DNA of 62,737 bases, the filler included, from Polymyxa betae A26-41 (lineage: Eukaryota; Protista; Endomyxa: Phytomyxea), in NCBI GenBank assembly GCA_003693705.1. It is 7 parts of 7 records of this genome, joined end to end, with 100 filler letters (N's around TTAATTAATTAA, not from the genome) between each part and the next. Parts side by side here need not be neighbours in the genome. Positions count along the whole stretch, not along the records: positions 58,901 to 62,737 come from RBZT01000537.1; 6 more parts are not named here. One strand, 5' to 3'. Positions 58,901 to 62,737 of this stretch are shown here, piece after piece; positions within the stretch are counted from its first letter, which is position 1, and the number at the start of each line of letters is the position of its first letter. Under the pieces are notes generated by a model. That model searched no databases and had not been told where the DNA came from. It saw only the letters and a list, made by a program, of their open reading frames with translations. The position numbers and the translations under genes are program-made.

Positions 58901-61518
58901 GCAGCTGGAGTTCCTGGCGGTCGTCAACCTGACCGGCGGCATCATCAGCAGCGCTGGCCCACTCGGTCTTAACGGAGTCGTCTTCAATCCATCCAGGATT
59001 ATCACCAACTATACCGAGCTGTTCTACGAATCCGGCGAGCAGGTGATCGGAATTCGAGCGCCCTTTGTTCACAGCATTGACAATCTCGCTTCAGCTATCG
59101 GTAGCGGTGCCCGTTGAGGCCGAAATCTTCGCTCAAATGAATGCTCCTGAGTTTCGCGATAACCCGCTCGAGACGAAACTAAGCACCTGGAATTCGGATA
59201 AGCCGACCTTTACCAGATTCGTGATCCAGCCATTGTTCTGTGGAACGACGCACGCCCAGGCCTATGTTGTATGGGGTACTGCCCGATTCTCGTCCTATTT
59301 TCTATCATTGATGTTCTGTTCAGGAAATGCCATCACACCCTCGAAATATTCGTTCTTCAGCAAAGCTGTCGATATGGGGAATCACGGATTCGTGGCTTTC
59401 ATGGAGTACGATCACCACACGAACCGATTCATCACATCAAGTTCGTATCTGAAGACGAGCGCGACTGAGATCGCCTATCCGGATTTTCAAGGCCGAATCC
59501 CTGATTCCGAACTTTCGTTTGTTGCCGAGACGCAGCAGGATCATTACATGGGGACTTTAAATATCGGTCCGAATCTGGATTGTTTTTCGATTCGATTTCG
59601 CTGACAAATCTGCAGATGATACCAGTTATATCTACTCCATTGATCATGTTATGAAATCGTCGATTGGAGACGCCGAGCTCGACATCTTCCATCCGAAAGC
59701 GGTTTATGTATTCGGCCTTCCATCCACAGCTATCAAATCGACCGTTATGCACCTACTGGTCTGGCATCTGCCTGTGATTGCCTTCATTGTTATCATGAGC
59801 GCTGTAGCTGTGTATCTATTAAGTAGGCGAGCCTTTCCTCCTCTCTTATCGTATTGATGGCTGTTTTTTAGTAAAGAAATTCGTGCAGCCAATGCAGCAC
59901 CTGCTGGACTCTGTAAAGAAGAAAAAGTAAGGCGATAATCGCTACTATCCTGAGACATTGAATTCGCCTTTCAGAATCAACAATTTCAATGAGTCCATTC
60001 GTGCCATGAAATCGAATAAATCCGTCTTCTGGATTTTTCTTCTCCAGCTGCTGCTTTTAGAAGCTCTATTGGGAGGACTGATTGTCGTGAATCGTCGAAT
60101 TCTGGAGGCTGCTGTTGCTGATTTCACTTCGGCATCGGAAGAGGTATCTAAACACCATCTTGTCCTATAAATTTCTCAGTCGGCGTAGGGACCGGAAATC
60201 GCGGCTTTAGTAGCTGATAAGCATCGCGAATATTGCAGCCTATCTACAAGGATGGGCTGGATTCACATCATCAACCAGACCAGAGCTGGCAATTTTTCTG
60301 GTCATACTGTTCATGAATTAAACGACGCAGCTGCTTTCTTGAACGTCAGCAGCGTTTCCATCATTGGCGCGTTCGTCCTGTCTGCCTTTTTCAAAGCCAT
60401 TGCTGAATTCTTGCTCAGAAACACTTTGGTTCTCGAAAGCACCATGAAAGCTGCTCTGGGAAAGCCGTTTCCGCTCGATGCGCTTATCAGCTTTTTCAAT
60501 GCATCGACGGAATCACGAAGAGCGATCGTGACGACGAATTTCTGGACGCCCGATGAGTTCGAACATTTCATCCCAGCCGAAACCCAAACGAGCGTCTCGA
60601 TGGAGCTCGCGGTGGTGAAGATTATGGCGTCACCGATCAGCTCCATTTCAGGTAATGTCAGGCTTTGATTGTTTATAGTCTGAGACGACGAATCGCAGAA
60701 GAAGGCAATTCGTTGGTTCAAGGCGACGTGATCGGGGCGATCGTGGCTGTCGACCTCGTCAATGGTCATCCATCGCTTCTCGAAAGCTCCGTTGGCGTCT
60801 TTCGCACCGGCTACTTTGGTAAATTCGACGTCGAAACCTTCATTCATCGCATGCTGACGATCGCTGGCAGGATTATACGCTTGGAATCGGTTTAAGCGTG
60901 AATTCCAACTTTTAACGTCTCGGTATAAGGTCGGCCCCGGGTCTCGCTCTTCATCAGTTCGCCTCTAATTCTGTTTAGCAATCGAAAACCGATCCTGAAC
61001 TGCTGAATGTGGAATTGGGCGAGAACGGTCACGATGTTCTGTCTCGTGGCCTTTCGAGCTCGTTCTCATCAAGCCGGCTGTATGTAGAGGATCACGTCAT
61101 GATCGATTCGAAGCCCACCACGGTCGCCATCGTCCCTCTGATCCCCGTCCATGAACCATCGTTCGACGAATGCACTCTCCATGCTTATGTCGTTCGAGGG
61201 CTGGACGATACCGAATGGCTCGATCTTCTTCGACATCAGAGCGAGTTCGAGTTCGCGATCATGGCCGTCGAGCTGATCGCCGCCATGCTGGTGCTGGGCC
61301 TCACGTACTGGCCCATGAACCGGTTCCTGAAATCGATGGAGAAGGCGTTCAATGTTCCGTCATTGTCGCGGACCCATCGCGAGAAGATCGACCGTCATGC
61401 GGCGTCGATTATGGGTCTCGATCAAGCAACCAGGTCCGCATCAGCCGGTCCGATAATGCACTCGACTGCAGGGCAGGTCGTACATTCCACAGGTACCGAG
61501 AGCGGGCAGGTGGAATGA
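58901..61518 (+). CDS. Multi-exon membrane protein with two tandem Cache-like extracellular sensor domains (5' end in the gap)
   Basis: Domain 1: LEFLAVV..IISSA..GVVFNPS..FTRFVIQPL..VVWG..PKAVYVFGLPSTAI + TM. Domain 2: TM + GKPFPLD..VVKIMASPI..VIGAIVAVDLVNGHPSLLE..GYF..AYVVRGLDDT + TM. Short introns, e.g. 59043-59094. Confidence 0.7.
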
Positions 61519-61799
61519 TAATACCCTGGATGCATTAATCGTATGATTTGTATCTGCAGCAGTATCCATTACAAACAACTGTAGTTTTTAAAACGACATC
61601 AAATCTTTTTACTATTTGTTTAGAAATCATTCCACAGATATTAAACTGCAATTTTAAAAACTACTCCAGGTAATTTTTATATATCTATCATAATATTAGA
61701 AGTGAGCTATTTGCGGTATGACTGTACTGTATGAGTATCCATTACTAAAACTACGTTTTTTGAACGACGTGAAATTTAGTTTAACCAGGCGATTAAACA

Positions 61800-62737
61800 G
61801 GCGTATCACATCGATACGGTCGGGGCCTCGCATCCAGAGCTGCAGGCAATCGCCGTAGATCAACATCTCGACGCCGATTACTGTCGTAGCGAGATCTGCT
61901 TGATAGGGATCACCAGGTGGATAGGCTGCAGAAGGCTGAAGAGCGACGGTGACCTGACTTCAAAACGGTCGGCGAACTGGTAGCATTGCACGCGACGCCA
62001 GTAGGTTAGGCCGAATCGGGCGCATCATCGCAGCCAGAAGCGAACCGTGTGCAGCGACGACATCGACGATGTCGCCGAGCGTCGCGGTGACGACGATTAG
62101 GACAGGACGCTAGTTGGATTTCAGATCTGATGGTCATCAGCTGCCCGCGTTCGGCTGATACATCGGTCATTGATCTGCTGCAAAAACCCTATCACAGTCG
62201 CATGTTGGAAGTTCGTGGGACAACGCCAATCGTTTTGCTCACTATTACACATCGTATGCGAATATTTGAAGAAATCTGTGATTTGCTGCCATTCATTACT
62301 ATGGAATGCGCTTGATCAAGAGATTTCGATGCCACCACCAGTTGGTCCTTCGTTCTTGCAAGATGCGTTATGATGCCTCTTCTTTCTGGTTTGTACATAT
62401 ATCGGAGGAGACTAATAATGGCGACGAAATCAAATGCCAGCAATGAAGCTACTAAGCGCGCGCGCGCCATGCAGATGAATGATTTTTCTCCCGCAACAAC
62501 TGCGTTGGACGGGATGTTGCTTGAAAAGGCTATTCCAGAAATCCAGGCAGTCTGTCGTAATGTACGGCAAATTCATATGATACAACATTTGATGACGCTG
62601 TCAACTATTTTAGGGTTTAGGGTTGATAAACTGTTTATTTTGTAAACTTATTGCAGAGAAGCGGCTCGCGCCCGAACGAGAGCCGCGCTCAGGTCGAAGA
62701 CATTCGCCAACTTCCCTCCCGCGTTCACGTTCGCGTC
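61800..62737 (-). pseudogene. Broken intron-containing gene of unknown function
   Basis: Hydrophobic ORF piece (LVASLLAFDFVAIISLL) and an acceptor-like aaccctaaaccctaaaatag at 62605-62624. Confidence 0.25.

Overview
This is eukaryotic DNA, and it is not one contiguous locus. Six artificial 100-nt spacers (N-run + TTAATTAATTAA + N-run) join seven assembly contigs: 1-5967, 6068-28314, 28415-34657, 34758-47110, 47211-52072, 52173-58800 and 58901-62737. Genes carry many short (~45-70 nt) GT-AG introns, GC-rich exons sit among AT-rich introns and decayed transposons, and telomere-type (T)TTAGGG motifs are scattered through genes. That style suggests an intron-rich protist such as a plasmodiophorid/phytomyxid, but this is inference only. 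Contig 1: partial P-loop GTPase-like gene and a decayed membrane-sensor pseudogene. Contig 2: two GT61 glycosyltransferases, an intronless GT-A-like gene plus a decayed copy, two signal-peptide F-box genes (one broken next to a hAT transposon) and two membrane RING genes. Contigs 3, 5 and 6: transposon remnants (Tc1, DD39D mariner, Copia, chromoviral Gypsy, MULE, hAT, PIF/Harbinger, LINE, MITE). Contig 4: tRNA-Arg(TCG), a 7TM receptor-like gene, a cyclic-nucleotide-regulated GYGD channel and an RRM gene. Contig 7: an intron-containing membrane protein with two tandem Cache-like sensor domains that resemble cyanobacterial chemoreceptor ectodomains and no visible output domain. The two strongest leads are (i) telomere-type repeats that sit at branch-point and 3' splice-site positions of small introns, and (ii) the dual-Cache receptor family. 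Family assignments come from motif recognition by eye; no database searches were run.
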